In this document: in pieces, positions 12,301 through 27,300 of the stretch
Layout: every line of letters begins with the position of its first letter
Position numbering within the stretch: the first letter of the stretch is position 1
Assembly (NCBI RefSeq): GCF_030144855.1
Contig: NC_082724.1
Location: 72,602,001-72,666,000 of the forward strand
Direction: 5' to 3'
DNA: 64,000 nt
From: Hypanus sabinus
Taxonomy: Eukaryota
The notes under the pieces: generated by a model
What the model was told of the DNA's origin: nothing
Seen by the model: the letters and a program-made list of their open reading frames with translations, nothing else
Databases searched by the model: none
Position numbers and translations under genes: made by a program

Positions 12301-15300
12301 AATATTGATGTTAATGATAAAGGGTTGCATCTTCAAAAGTCTTTCTTGTTGCTACATTAAATTTGTGAACACTTTCCAATTTAGCTACATTTCAGTAAGT
12401 GTCATTTCATAGCTATTTTCCTTTAAAGGTTCAGTATCTATTTACAGCTGAAAATTATTTTGATTCTAGATCAATCTCCTCAGGAAATTGGAAAAGATTA
12501 ATTTGGGAAACTACAAGATGCAGTACTTTAATGTCTGGAGCTCTGAGTTATTGCTATCAAGTTTTAAACCAAATATAACATAAGAGTTCAAGTAGATTAA
12601 TGTTAACTGTTCTTAAAAATGCAGGTAGAAGCTTTTTGTCATAATTACCTAAATACTCAAAAAGTTTTATTCTTTAGTCTGCTTTAACTTCTGAAAATAC
12701 ATAAGCACAAAATTAACTTGTTTAGTCACCAGCTACTGATTCATGCAGCTTCTCTCATTATAAGAATCATTTACCAAGTATAGTTTAAAAACCGCCATAT
12801 ATCGAAATGAAATATAGTAAGAACTCATACTTTTTATTCATTTAGTACAGGTTAAAATTAAGTGGAATCAAGTGTTGCACATTTTGCCCTGCCCGTGTTC
12901 TGCTTTATTCTTTTCATTCTACATAATTATGTTACTATAAGAAATTCCTTTCAGTTTCAGATACAGCATACATTGTGGCACTTAATCACACACCTCCTTT
13001 ACCTAATAAAGTGGCTTTATGCTGCTGTAGTACATCCACTTCAAGGATCGATGTGTTGTATGTTCAGAGATGGTCTCTGCACACCACCGTTGTAACGTTT
13101 GGTTATTTCAGTTACTGTCACCGTCCCGTCAGCTTGAGCCAGCCTGAACATTCTCCTCTGACCTCACATTAACAAGGCATGTTTGCCCACAGAACTGCTG
13201 CTCTCTGGATGTTGTTTTGTTTATTGATATGCTCATCATCTCATTCATGCAGGTGGCTATAACCTCTGTGTCCTCTTAATCTCCAAGCTGGGACTTCTGA
13301 GCCCAAATACCTGCTCAGAGGTGGGGCTTATCTCCAGCCTTGTAATACTGCACAGTTTCAATTCCTTCTCAGCCCATTTTTTTAAACTGAAACCAGCATT
13401 AATGCCGAAATGTCTTTTAAAGGTGCTATTGTACTCATTCTCAATCACTTCCTCCGGCAGCTGATCTCACCTTTTGTATTCAAAAAAGTTGTCCCTCAAG
13501 TTCCTATCAAATATTTCACTCTCACCTTAAACCTCTGGCCTTTAAAGTCATGGAGCAATACAGCAGAGATACAGGTCCTTCAGCGAACCAGTCCATGCTG
13601 ACTATACTGCTCACCGAGCCAGTTCCAAATTCCTGAATTCAGCTAGATCTTTCCAGGATCCCCCCTCCCCCACTTACCTACTCATATGCTAAGTACACAA
13701 CGAAAGTGTTCAGCTTTTGGGTGAGTTCTCTGAAAGTAAAATATTCATCAGAAAAATTAGTGTCCAAATACACTCACCCAACCATTCTTCAAAGCTCTGC
13801 TGTATAAAATGTTATCTTGCATCACACACAATGCCATTAGCATCCAGAATTCTTAACCTAGCCTTTTTACACTACCTGAGAAGTTCCTGCTTCTTTGCTC
13901 GATTGTGGCTACTGAGGGCTTTCAGTTCAGCCTGACGTTTACGCAGTTCTGCTAGAACTTCATCCTCAGAGTCTTCAGTAGGACGATCCTCAGAATCCAA
14001 CAGACCCTGTGCAATTAGTTCTTCCTTAATTCGAGCTTCTAGAGATTTTGTATGAGGAACACTGCAAAAGATACATGAGGAGATGTTAAAAGCTTTTCAT
14101 TGTAAATAATGACAAGTGATCATTATGTTAAATGGCTATCATAATGGCTCAATTAATCAACATTAGTGTGCAAGGAAAGTTAGCACTTAACACTTCTGGA
14201 GTATACAGTAGTTTGTAAAAGTTTTAAGGCACCCTACATTTTTTTATATTGTTTCAAGTGGTATGTCTTCCACAAAGCCCTGATCTCATCATTATGGCTT
14301 TCTGCGATTAGCTGGAGAGACAGAAGTGAGACAGCCAACATGTGCAGAAGAACCTTAGTAAGTTCTCCAAGATGCTTGGAACAATGTATCAGCCGATTTT
14401 CTTATACAACTGCATGACAATGTACCCAAGAGAATTGACGCAGTTTTAAAGGCAAAGGGTGGTCACACCATATATTGATTTGATTTTGTTTTTTAATCTG
14501 TTTAATGCTCTTTATAATAATTTTTTGATTAGTTCGAAACCTCATTTCTTTATTCTTGAAATACCTTGGCCATACAGAATTTTTTTACTGTATGTTTGCC
14601 ACAGTACTCTATATATATCCAGAAATCTTTTTCATTTACAGCCAGTGCAATCCTATTGTCCAGACAACTTACCTAAATGACTTATTCTGACTTCGAGGGG
14701 ACGTGCTTGCTCCATCAGTCCCCGCATCTTTCCCTGTCATCTCCGGTATAGGAGAATCTTCCATTGGTGAAATAATGTTCTCCTGAGGGAAAAGAGAAAA
14801 GCTCTGCATTAATATCTTCCACCTCTCCACTGCCAGCATCTTACTTCATCCCACCTTCCCATCCCCTGTCCACTTGTACTACTTCCCCTCCCAATTGCCC
14901 CCACCATTTATTCTGGTTTCTGGCCCCTTCCTTTCCAACCCTGATGAAGGGTATCGGCCCAAAACATCCACTCTCTGCTAGACTTGTTGAGTTCCTCCAG
15001 CATTTTATGTGAAACCCAGCATTAATTTTGTCCTGGGCCTTCAGTCTAGTCAAAACACATCGGGAATAAATAAAATTATCTTGGACAGACTTGAGGAATA
15101 ACTAATTAAGAATGCTATGTGCAGTACAGATGATCAATTTCTTTAAGTAATTAGAGAGTGGGGTTAGACTCATTTTCTGACTAACTTTAAACCCCATCTG
15201 TGCCAAGTAGCAAGGAGATTACTTTAATTGACCTCAGCACTTCAAATTAAAGAAATACAGATGAGCATTTTGGGAAATGGCATGACTGGGTTTTGCTTAA

Positions 15301-18300
15301 TTGTCTACATCCTATTTGAATAATTCTACCAAGTAATATTATTGGATCATATTTTGATACTTGTATATTTTAAGGATAACCATTTTCTTTGATTTCATAT
15401 CTTAGAAAGAAGGTACCATTTTCAATAAAGAAGGAAAAAGTAGAAATAGGCTGGTAAAAGAGGTAGTAGTTGATGGATCCTCCTGAAATTCACTCTTAGT
15501 AGTGTATAATTGCAACTATGACAAAGGGTTAGAGAAGAACATTATTCCCTGCAGAAGTAAAAAACTGGATGTGCGGCTGGTTAATTGTTTCAGCAAGTTT
15601 CAGACCTCTGCACTTGTGCACTGCAGCATAGCATGGCAGCACATCCAGTTCCTATCCCCACCCACCTGAACTCAGTTTCAGATCTAATGGCGCTTTCGTC
15701 ATGTCAAACAGCTTGACACAGCGTCTGAACATTAGAGGCTGAAAGCAAACCTGATCAAAATACAGAGGATTTTGGTTAATTGGGATACATCGAAACCAAT
15801 GATTTTGGTCCAATTAAACAGCTGCCCAAATTAACTAAAATTCCGTGGGAAGATATAAAAAAGACAAACTACTGTTTAACTGAGCAACAATTTATGTACT
15901 TAAATGAAATACAAATCAGAACACTACCAGTACTACTACAGTACTATAAACTGTATATTAGTTACTAATAGTTATCAATGGAGAAATTCATCAGTCTACA
16001 CAATGAACAAAATCGGTGCAGGCACCTGGTGTAGATGATAAGACTGCCTTCATACAATGCTTTTGACAATTGCATCTGCCAAATCTTAATTTTATTTGTC
16101 ACATTGAAGATAACTGTCGATACCTTCAAAACTTTCATTCTTCCTAACTTGCCAAAGTAGTGAAATCATTTCATTTTCACTCCTGGCCATCTCTAGCATC
16201 TCCAAGCCTGAATGTTTAAAACCGCAGAAAGCAAAATTGTCTTACTGCTTATTTCTCACGACTATCAGTGACAAAAATCACTGCTTTTTGAACACAAATA
16301 CAACAACTGATGCTATTTAAAACTGTCCACTCTTAAGCACAGTGTAGCATCCAAATGCCACACAAGAGTGCATGACTGATGCTGGATAGAACCTGTTCAG
16401 CAACTGTCTCCTGTCCCAATTAAGTGGCACAGTGTCCCAAATAAATGAAGGGAATCTCAGCAATTTTCTCAATTAGTTTTTGTTCTTTAAGACTTGTACC
16501 AAATAGGTGGAATCCACTGTACATAAAATTATGAAAGACATATATGGGGTAGAGAGAGAGGGTACTTTTCTCAGTGTGAAAATGTCAAATACTAAAGGAT
16601 TTAAGATCAGAGGGCCAGAACTTAAAGCAGCTGTGCAAGGCAAGATTTTTTTATTTATACAAAGAGAGCTAGGCACCTAGAATATGCTGCCAGCGGAGGT
16701 GGTGGAAGCAGATATGACAGCAACATTTAACAAGTGACAAACAGAAGAGGGAAACGAACCATGTGCATCCAGATGGGATTATTTAGATTGGCATCATAAT
16801 CAATGTAGACATGATGGGCATAATCAATGTAGCCTGTTTCTGGGCTGCACTGTTCCACGTTCTGTTGCAGACTTAAATAAAACAAACAATCACAATGAAG
16901 CTGAATTATCTACCCAACTACCTCCAAGCCAACCAGTCTGGTCCTCCAGCAGTGCAGTTGCCCTGTGGCCCAGCAGGCGAATAACACTGTGTATTAATGG
17001 GGTACAAAAGACTCAAATTTAATTCTTAGACACCCACCATATAAAGGTGCAGAATGGACACTGGATACATACACGCATGTACTAAAAAACTAAAAAATAT
17101 GTACAGTATTACTGGAAATCCAAATGACCTTGAATAAATTTATGACCTGCCATAATACTCACCTCCACCAAAGCTTGCAGCAATCGTTGCGTAAGGGGCC
17201 CAAAAGGAGAAACATCTTCGGGCTGATCATGTTGCTCTTTCTTCAGCAATGCATCTACATCTAACAAAAAAAACATTTACAACAAACAGATAGATCTATA
17301 CAGTAAAACATTTTAAGACTCAGAAAATAATGCACAACCAGTCGCAAAAGATGCAAAGTAATAGAAAGCTAAAAAGAGGGTGACCATAAATGTGGTCAAA
17401 CAGCTTGGGTTAAAAAAAGGTGTAGAGACAATTGAGAGGGAGATACAGTGAGACACTTTGCTAGCTGAGATTGGTGATAGAAGTGCCAGCGCAAAGAGAA
17501 GAAAGCCCATTGAAACTTCACAGAAAATAGAAGTTCTGGAAATCAAACAGACTAGTATTTTCAAAGAATATTCCGCTAATTCTACTCTCCTACACCCATG
17601 CCATTTTTCCTCATTGAACTATTTACCTTTGAATGTCACTGCTAAATCTGTATCCAAATCCTAATTCCAAACCCAAACCACTTGGTCTATGTTTTTTTTG
17701 CATGTCACAATAGATTCTTCAACCATCGTCTTAATCTGTGCCTTCTGGTTAAAATCCTTCAGGTACTGGAATATTTTCTCTCCCTTTACTTTGTTTAACT
17801 CATACTGATTATGAAGTCTCTTTTCTATTTAAGACCAACTTTTCTTGTTGGATTTCTTTTACAAACTCAAGGATCCCTCTGCCTTCATTCTTTAAGGAAG
17901 TGCCATTTGCTGTTCATGTATCAATAGCCTAGAGAAGAACAGAAAGAATAAGCTGAGAGCGTGTTTTTTTGCTGCAGATTTGGATTTCTGCTACTTGTAA
18001 GGGGTTTCAGCAGATTTATTTGATTTGAGGTTTTACACAAATTCCGGATAAGCTGCACTTTTTAAAAAACAAGCTGGAGTTATGTTTAGTGCCAAAACAC
18101 AGTGAATTTTTTTTTCTGGTTTTCTTTCTTGAGAAGGGGGAAACAGAAAGTGAGGGTGGCAAGATTTGAGGATGGGTGGATCTAAAGGCTGGCTGCCAGC
18201 AATTTGATGGGAATTATACTGACCACTGCTCAGCCACTGGCAGTTTGCCAGTCAGATCAGATGCATTAAGCAGATGTTTTCCAGTTGGTAAACCCATTGA

Positions 18301-21300
18301 GGCAACTCTCCAGAAACCTTTCTTGAAAACAAATATGAACTGAATATATATAGTGCAAGAAGTAAAATAAGAAAAATGTAAGACTTTTCAATCTGCTGGC
18401 ATTATCATGAAGAGAAACAGAGGAATAACACTTGCATGAAGTGCATTGTGTTCAAGTGAGAGCCAACTCACCTTTAGAGTCGAGCTCCGTTAAAGTTCCA
18501 AGCATGCCTTTCTTCTTCTCTGCTGCTGCTGCAGCACGAGCACCTTCCTTCTGCTCCTCCAGAAGGTCCTCTTGTGCCCAACGCTGAGAGTAATGTTTTC
18601 CCAAAGGAGGGATCTGCTTGAACAAGGATGCAATGGGAAATTATTGTAATGGAAAGGAAGGTAAAAGATTGAGGATTACCAATTTCTACTTCATCAGAAT
18701 GACCCTCTTCTACCTCAGCCATTGCCACTTTCCTATTGAGCACAGCCATTTGGGTGCCTGGCTGTGACACAGGAACTCACACTCACAGATGAATATTCAT
18801 ATTCATCTGTTTCAAGCTCCCTGCTTTTCCAATGATTGTGTTTGGCCATTCCATTTTCTCTCTTACTTGAAAAGAAATTAAAATCATCCCAGCTGTACCA
18901 TGCAACAACAGGTCACAATAATCCAGTGGCGTGTACTAGTTAACAGAGGCAGACGTTGAAATCCTAGCACTGCAGCTAAGCAACTGAAATACGGAATAAA
19001 TCAATTCATTTGTGAAGTCTACAAAACAAAACTCATCCTTTAAGTGACTCAGTGTTTCACTGATACCTTTATAAAAGAAAATGTGCTATTGTTATACACA
19101 GTAACTCACAAAAGTCCCCCAAAAAGACCTGGCTCAGGTCATGGCAAAATGACAATATGCGAGGGGTGTGCCTTCAAGGGGATGGTTCAAGACAGGATCT
19201 CCCCAGCAGCTACTCAGGCAAAACATGAGCCTTTTCAGTAATGCCTGATTGAGACTGATTGAGGAGTCTGTGCATGTAGCTTAATTCTCTGTGCAAATGT
19301 CATCCCCATTCAACTCATTAATAGAGGGCTTCAACAAACCATCAGAAGAATTTTAACCTGCCTGCTTGTGTAGGAATAGTGGTAATTTTTAAGAGTTTAA
19401 TACCTCCTTTCACTTACCTTTAAAGTTTACTTTAAAATACCAATAGCTGTTAACCAACATTACATGTAAATGAGTTGAAACTAATGAATACAAGCCAGGC
19501 AGTTAATAGATACCAATTTCATTCCATCATGGTTAGGTCAGTCCCCAGTTATACAATCACTAAACAGATAAGAAAAGTTAAGTAAAGTTTAGCACTAATG
19601 GATGGTAATGATTTTTTTTTACCAAAGTGGAAGTTCTATGGCAACAATCTACCTTGATAGTCATGCCTCTTCTATCTGGATCACCTCATACCCGACTTTG
19701 TTGTGGGTGTTGTGGTAATACCATCAGTCAACTAAACCAATAGGCAAAAATTTGCAATTAGGCTTCACATCCATAGCTGACTTTCCTCTTCTGTGCTTCA
19801 AGAGTAAATCCAGCCTGCTTTCAAAAGCCTGCTAAAAAAACTTTCCCTTCTATTGTAGTTTTGCTTCATGACCCATGCTCTCATTTCCCTGCTTGTTCAC
19901 CTTGTAATACTCAGCTTCATCTTCAGGCGGTTTCAGAAGGTCCTCAAGGATACGGATCTCTTCGTTGGTTATATCAGCACAGTACGGTTCCACTGATGCC
20001 CAGAATCTACAACAGATGGCCAAATGCAAACAACTCACTATTTACATCCAATAAATGTGGAGCCACCACTGATATAATTACTCAAATGCCAAAATAAAAA
20101 CAGAAAGTGTTAGAGTTACTCAGCAAGTAAGGTAGTGGATAATGAAAGAAAAGATTTAATGATCAACGACTTCAATTTCATTTGTACAGAAATTTTCTTT
20201 TTGATTTCTACTTTGGAGTTGCTGCCTATTCTGCTTAGTATCTCTAGTACATGCTGTTTTTATTTCAAATTTTCAGATTTGTTGTTTTTAGATTTCACAA
20301 ATATAGGAGATTGTAAGGTTGAGCAAAATTAATATAATCTGCTTACAATTATTAGAAAGCTTCTGTAAGAGGTTTCAAGGTCAAAATTAGGGGTTTTAAA
20401 ACTAACAGTGAAACTGCATTGATTTGAACTCATTTTGATTAAAGAAAAAGTATTTGTGGTTAACATGGTAAAGAAGTGAACAATAGAGACATAGTCACTT
20501 AACAAGAGATACATTTACAGAACTGGATCATTTCAATAAACTTTTCATTTTGCTTAGAAGTGATAGAGGTGAGAGCCTAAGTTTGTAGACATGAGGACCC
20601 ATCCCTGCAGACCAGGCTGTAACGTTGTATGCAATCCTCAGACCCTCTGCAGATGGTTAGTGTGGACAACATCGAAGAAATTTCATTGCTTTTTTTTCTT
20701 CCCGGTTTTCCTCTCCACTTACTTGCCACTCTCAGGAGATGAAATAATTCCAGCAGAGTACAGTAAATCTGATTGGAGAACTATAAACTCTGACATTGCC
20801 ACAGATGGCTGTGGAGCAAATGTAACTGTGTACATTTAAAGCGGAGTTTGACAGGTAAGGGTGTCAAAGGTTTCAGGGAGAAGGAAAAATGATGGAATGG
20901 TGGAGCAGACTCAATGGGTCATATGTCTTATGGTCTTATTGTCCATAGAGAACTAATGACATTATTCCTTTTCTGACTTACAGATCTCACTGACAAGGTG
21001 CAAATTCCTGGTAGAGCTAGAACCTACCTATTTGGGGCATCATTCTTTGGAATCCTGGGGACATCCAAGGGATCATCTGTAAATTCGTACTCCTGTATCT
21101 TAGGCTGTACATTTTTTGACTTAGGACGTCCAGGCCCAGGTCCAGTTCCGTGACTGCCCTTTCCATCTAGTTTCTGCTTCTTTGGCTTTCCATGTTTCTG
21201 TGGCGTTCCATGCTCATGTTCTTTCCCAAATTTCAACAGCCTCTTATCTCCTTTTTTATCCTGCCAGTCTGTGAGGATCTGAAATCAAAAGTTTAAATGC

Positions 21301-24300
21301 TTTCAAAAAAAATATATATATAGCTTTTCAATTTACTCAATCAGAAAGTAAAAATGTGTGGGAGCTGGAATTGTCAGAGAGATAGCAATGGAAATGCTCT
21401 CTGAAACTGACTGTGGGTCTGTTAAAGCTACATTTTTTAAAATAGGAGAATGACTCTATTTTGAGAACAGTTAAAGGAGTGTGCCACCCAGAGAATAAGC
21501 AACCACTAAACGTTGAAAGCGTAACTTTACTAAAATAATAATAAGGCAGATAGGAATCCATTCTTTAGGTCCACAATTACCACCATGTTAAATTAAACAT
21601 ATTCCTTCTAAATAGGTAGCATCTGCTCCACAATTACTACAATGCCCCGTTTTCCAAATGTTTGCTTTATGACACCTCGCTGTTATGAAAGACCTACATT
21701 AGTACCCTGTTTTCGCTAACCGAAGAGTGTTTTCACTTCTATGAAAAAAGGCAGCGCGCGCCCCAAGCATCGGATGATACTGAAGCTGCCAAAAAGTTCC
21801 CAGCAGAACTGAAGAAAATTACAGAAGGTGGTTATTCGTATAAGCAAGTGTTTAACTGTGATGAAACTGCAATTTATTGGAAAAAGTTGCTGAGCAAGAC
21901 ATTTATTTTGATAGAAGAAAAGCAGGCTAAGGGACACAAGGCATCGAAGGACAGGTTTACCCTAATGCCTATTATTAATGCCACTGGTGATGCTGTCCTT
22001 AAGCCTCTACTAGTGTACCATTCAGAAAATCCGAGGGCACTTAATGGTGTTGATAAGAAAACACTTCCCGTTGCATTCCATTCACATCCAAGCGGTTGGA
22101 ATACTCAAGTGATTTTTTTCTGAGTACATGAGTGGATATGTTAGTCCTTTTGTTGAAAAATATTGTAGAAAAAATAACCTTGATAATAGGTGTCTTGTGA
22201 TTGTCAATAATTGTGCTGCTCTTCAACCTGGCATTACTAAGTATGGCGGTAAAATTCGTGTTGCGTTCCTACTGCCAAGCATGACATCGTTGCTGCAGCC
22301 GTGTGACCAAGGCCTAAAAGCCACAATTAAAGCTTACTATACACAAAATGTGATGCGTTTTATTGTAAGTGCCATTGACAGAGAGGGCAGCTCCGTAGCA
22401 GCTGCTGAAAGGGTGCTTCTGCCGAGAGCGTTTGCGTGAGATTTTCGCCACGCTAGACAGTGCTGCAATGATTGCAGAAAAGTATTTCTACTTTATATAG
22501 ACTGTGTACTTATCATATCATTCCCGCTTTTACTATATGTTACTGTTATTTTAGGTTTTATGTGTCATTTGGCATGAATTGGTAGGTTTTTTTTTGGGTC
22601 TGGGAATGCTCACAAATTTTCCCATATAAATTAATGGTAATCGCCTATTCACTTTACGACATTCCAGCTTACGAACCGTTTCATAGGAATGCTCTACCTT
22701 CAGATAGCGGGGGAAACCTGTACTCAACTGCAAAAAAGTTTTGTTTTAAATACTGTTTTAAAAAAGCAGTAAGAGTACATCAAAACCTATCAGGATCATC
22801 TTTTTAGGTAATAGGACCAGCTTCTTGCGCTTTTCCATGAATTTATAAATAGACCGTGAACTCTACTTCACTATTCCTCTCTCGCACTATTTATTCAAAT
22901 TTAAAACTGTAAATTACTCTATAGTAACACAGTGGATTCCAGTTAATTGGGACACATGGGGACCAGTACATTTTGGCCTAGTTAAGTGCCTGTCCCATTT
23001 AGCCAAAATTTCATAGAAATAGTTAAAAGGTATAAAAAAGACAAACTACCATTTAACTGAGTAACAATTTATGCATTTTAATGAACAAATTAGAACACTA
23101 CCAAAGCCTCTACAGTACTATACAAATGTGAAATAGTTATCAACGAAGGAATTCATCTGCCATGTCCTTTTGTCTCTGTGAATGAAATCAGTGCAGACAC
23201 CTGGTGCAGATAATGGACTGCTTCATACAATGCTTTAGACAAGTGCATCCTCCAAATCTTCATTTGCATTGTAACTTTCAAAATGTTTGCTGATACCTTC
23301 AAGTTCTTCCTGATCCCTGACTTGTTGAAGTAGTGAAATTGTTGCATTTTCACTCCTGGCAGTTTCTGGAATCTCCGAGTCTGAATGCTTAAAACTGCAG
23401 TGAGCCAAGCAGTTCTGAACTGTCTTGCTGCTTAGTTCTCAGCAACCATCAGTGATAAAAATCACTGCTTTTTGAACACAAACACTTGCACTGATGCTAT
23501 TTAAAAACTGATCGCTCTAAGCACAACGTAGTGTCTAACAGCCACTAAAGTGTACACAACTGATGCTAATTTCAGCAACAGTTGGGCCTCCTGCCCCAAT
23601 TAAACGGCACCAATGTCCCAAATAAACGAAGGGAATCCTGGCTTTTCTCTTATTTCAGTTATTGATGTTAAAGAGTTGTTCCAAATAAACCGACGGCACA
23701 ATTAAGCCACTATATTTTATGGTTAGCGCTGTAATGCTGCCACAAAACAACATATTTCCTAACATGTATCAGTGATAATAAACACGATTCAAAACCAGAT
23801 TCTGAGCATGAGGACAGGGACTGAAGGGAGAAAATTGGCTCCAAGAATATTGGTGTTGATTTCTTATTGTCTAATGTACGGGGATACAGTGAAAAGCTTG
23901 TCTTGAATACTGTTCATACAGGTCAAATCATCACATCAAATCGTCACTGAGCTAGGATAAGGTAAAATAATAACAATGCAGAATAAAGTGTAAAAGCTAC
24001 CAAAAATAGTGCAGGTAAATGATAAAGCGCAAGATCAGACTGAGGAACCTTTTACTGCTTACACACAAAACATGTGTATTGTTAGCTTTTCTTCCGTAAA
24101 GGGTATTTAATCAAATATTCATGTCAACATTGTGCATGGAGCTTTGGATACCTCTGACCTGACAGCACACAGGACCGGTCACAGTATCACTCTGACCTGA
24201 CAGCACACAGGACCGGTCACAGTATCACTCTGACCTGACAACACACAGGACGGGTCACAGTATCACTCTGACCTGACAGCACACAGGACCGGACCGGTCA

Positions 24301-27300
24301 CAGTATCACTCCGACCTGACAACACACAGGACAGGTCACAGTATCACTCTAACCTGACAACACACAGGACGGGTCACAGTATCACTCTGACCTGACAACA
24401 CACAGGACGGGTCACAGTATCACTCTGACCTGACAACACACAGGACGGGTCACAGTATCACTCTCACCTGACAACACACAGGACGGGTCACAGTATCACT
24501 CTGACCTGACAACACACAGGACGGGTCACAGTATCACTCTGACCTGACAGCACACAGGACCGGTCACAGTATCACTCTAACCTGACAGCACACAGGACCG
24601 GTCACAGTATCACTCTGACCTGACAGCACACAGGACCGGTCACAGTATCACTCTGACCTGACAGCACACAGGACGGGTCACAGTATCACTCTGACCTGAC
24701 AGCACACAGGACGGGTCACAGTATCACTCTGACCTGACAACACACAGGACGGGTCACAGTATCACTCTAACCTGACAACACACAGGACGGGTCACAGTAT
24801 CACTCTGACCTGACAGCACACAGGACGGGTCACAGTATCACTCTGACCTGACAGCACACAGGACGGGTCACAGTATCACTCTGACCTGACAACACACAGG
24901 ACGGGTCACAGTATCACTCTGACCTGACAGCACACAGGACGGGTCACAGTATCACTCCGACCTGACAGCACACAGGACCGGTCACAGCATCACTCCGACC
25001 TGACAGCACACAGGACGGGTCACAGTATCACTCTGACCTGACAGCACACAGGACGGGTCACAGTATCACTCTGACCTGACAACACACAGGACGGGTCACA
25101 GTATCACTCCGACCTGACAGCACACAGGACGGGTCACAGTATCACTCTGACCTGACAACACACAGGACGGGTCACAGTATCACTCCGACCTGACAGCACA
25201 CAGGACGGGTCACAGTATCACTCCGACCCGACAACACACAGGACGGGTCACAGTATCACTCCGACCCGACAACACACAGGACGGGTCACAGTATCACTCC
25301 GACCCGACAACACACAGGACGGGTCACAGTATCACTCTGACCTGACAGCACACAGGACCGGTCACAGTATCACTCTGACCTGACAGCACACAGGACGGGT
25401 CACAGTATCACTCTGACCTGACAACACACAGGACGGGTCACAGTATCACTCTGACCTGACAGCACACAGGACGGGTCACAGTATCACTCTGACCTGACAG
25501 CACACAGGACCGGTCACAGTATCACTCCGACCTGACAACACACAGGACGGGTCACAGTATCACTCTGACCTGACAACACACAGGACGGGTCACAGTATCA
25601 CTCTGACCTGACAACACACAGGACGGGTCACAGTATCACTCTAACCTGACAACACACAGGACGGGTCACAGTATCACTCTGACCTGACAGCACACAGGAC
25701 GGGTCACAGTATCACTCTGACCTGACAGCACACAGGACGGGTCACAGTATCACTCTGACCTGACAGCACACAGGACCGGTCACAGTATCACTCTAACCTG
25801 ACAGCACACAGGACGGGTTCACAGTATCACTCTGACCTGACAGCACACAGGACGGGTCACAGTATCACTCTGACCTGACAGCACACAGGACGGGTCACAG
25901 TATCACTCTGACCTGACAGCACACAGGACGGGTCACAGTATCACTCTGACCTGACTGCACACAGGACGGGTCACAGTATCACTCCGACCTGACAGCACAC
26001 AGGACCGGTCACAGCATCACTCCGACCTGACAGCACACAGGACCGGTCACAGTATCACTCCGACCTGACAGCACACAGGACGGGTCACAGTATCACTCTG
26101 ACCTGACAGCACACAGGATGGGTCACAGTATCACTCTGACCTGACAGCACACAGGACGGGTCACAGTATCACTCTGACCTGACAGCACACAGGACGGGTC
26201 ACAGTATCACTCTGACCTGACAGCACACAGGATGGGTCACAGTATCACTCTGACCTGACAGCACACAGGACGGGTCACAGTATCACTCTAACCTGACAAC
26301 ACACAGGACCGGTCACAGTATCACTCTAACCTGACAACACACAGGACGGGTCACAGTATCACTCTGACCTGACAACACACAGGACGGGTCACAGTATCAC
26401 TCTAACCTGACAACACACAGGATGGGTCACAGTATCACTCTGACCTGACAGCACACAGGACGGGTCACAGTATCACTCTAACCTGACAGCACACAGGACG
26501 GGTCACAGTATCACTCCGACCTGACAGCACACAGGACGGGTCACAGTATCACTCTGACCTGACAGCACACAGGACCGGTCACAGTATCACTCTAACCTGA
26601 CAACACACAGGACGGGTCACAGTATCACTCTGACCTGACAACACACAGGACCGGTCACAGTATCACTCTGACCTGACAGCACACAGGACGGGTCACAGTA
26701 TCACTCTGACCTGACAGCACACAGGATGGGTCACAGTATCACTCTGACCTGACAGCACACAGGACGGGTCACAGTATCACTCTAACCTGACAACACACAG
26801 GACCGGTCACAGTATCACTCTAACCTGACAACACACAGGACGGGTCACAGTATCACTCTGACCTGACAACACACAGGACGGGTCACAGTATCACTCTAAC
26901 CTGACAACACACAGGATGGGTCACAGTATCACTCTGACCTGACAGCACACAGGACGGGTCACAGTATCACTCTAACCTGACAGCACACAGGACGGGTCAC
27001 AGTATCACTCTGACCTGACAACACACAGGACGGGTCACAGTATCACTCTGACCTGACAGCACACAGGACGGGTCACAGTATCACTCTGACCTGACAACAC
27101 ACAGGACGGGTCACAGTATCACTCTGACCTGACAGCACACAGGACGGGTCACAGTATCACTCTGACCTGACAGCACACAGGACGGGTCACAGTATCACTC
27201 TGACCTGACAACACACAGGACGGGTCACAGTATCACTCTGACCTGACAGCACACAGGACGGGTCACAGTATCACTCTGACCTGACAGCACACAGGATGGG

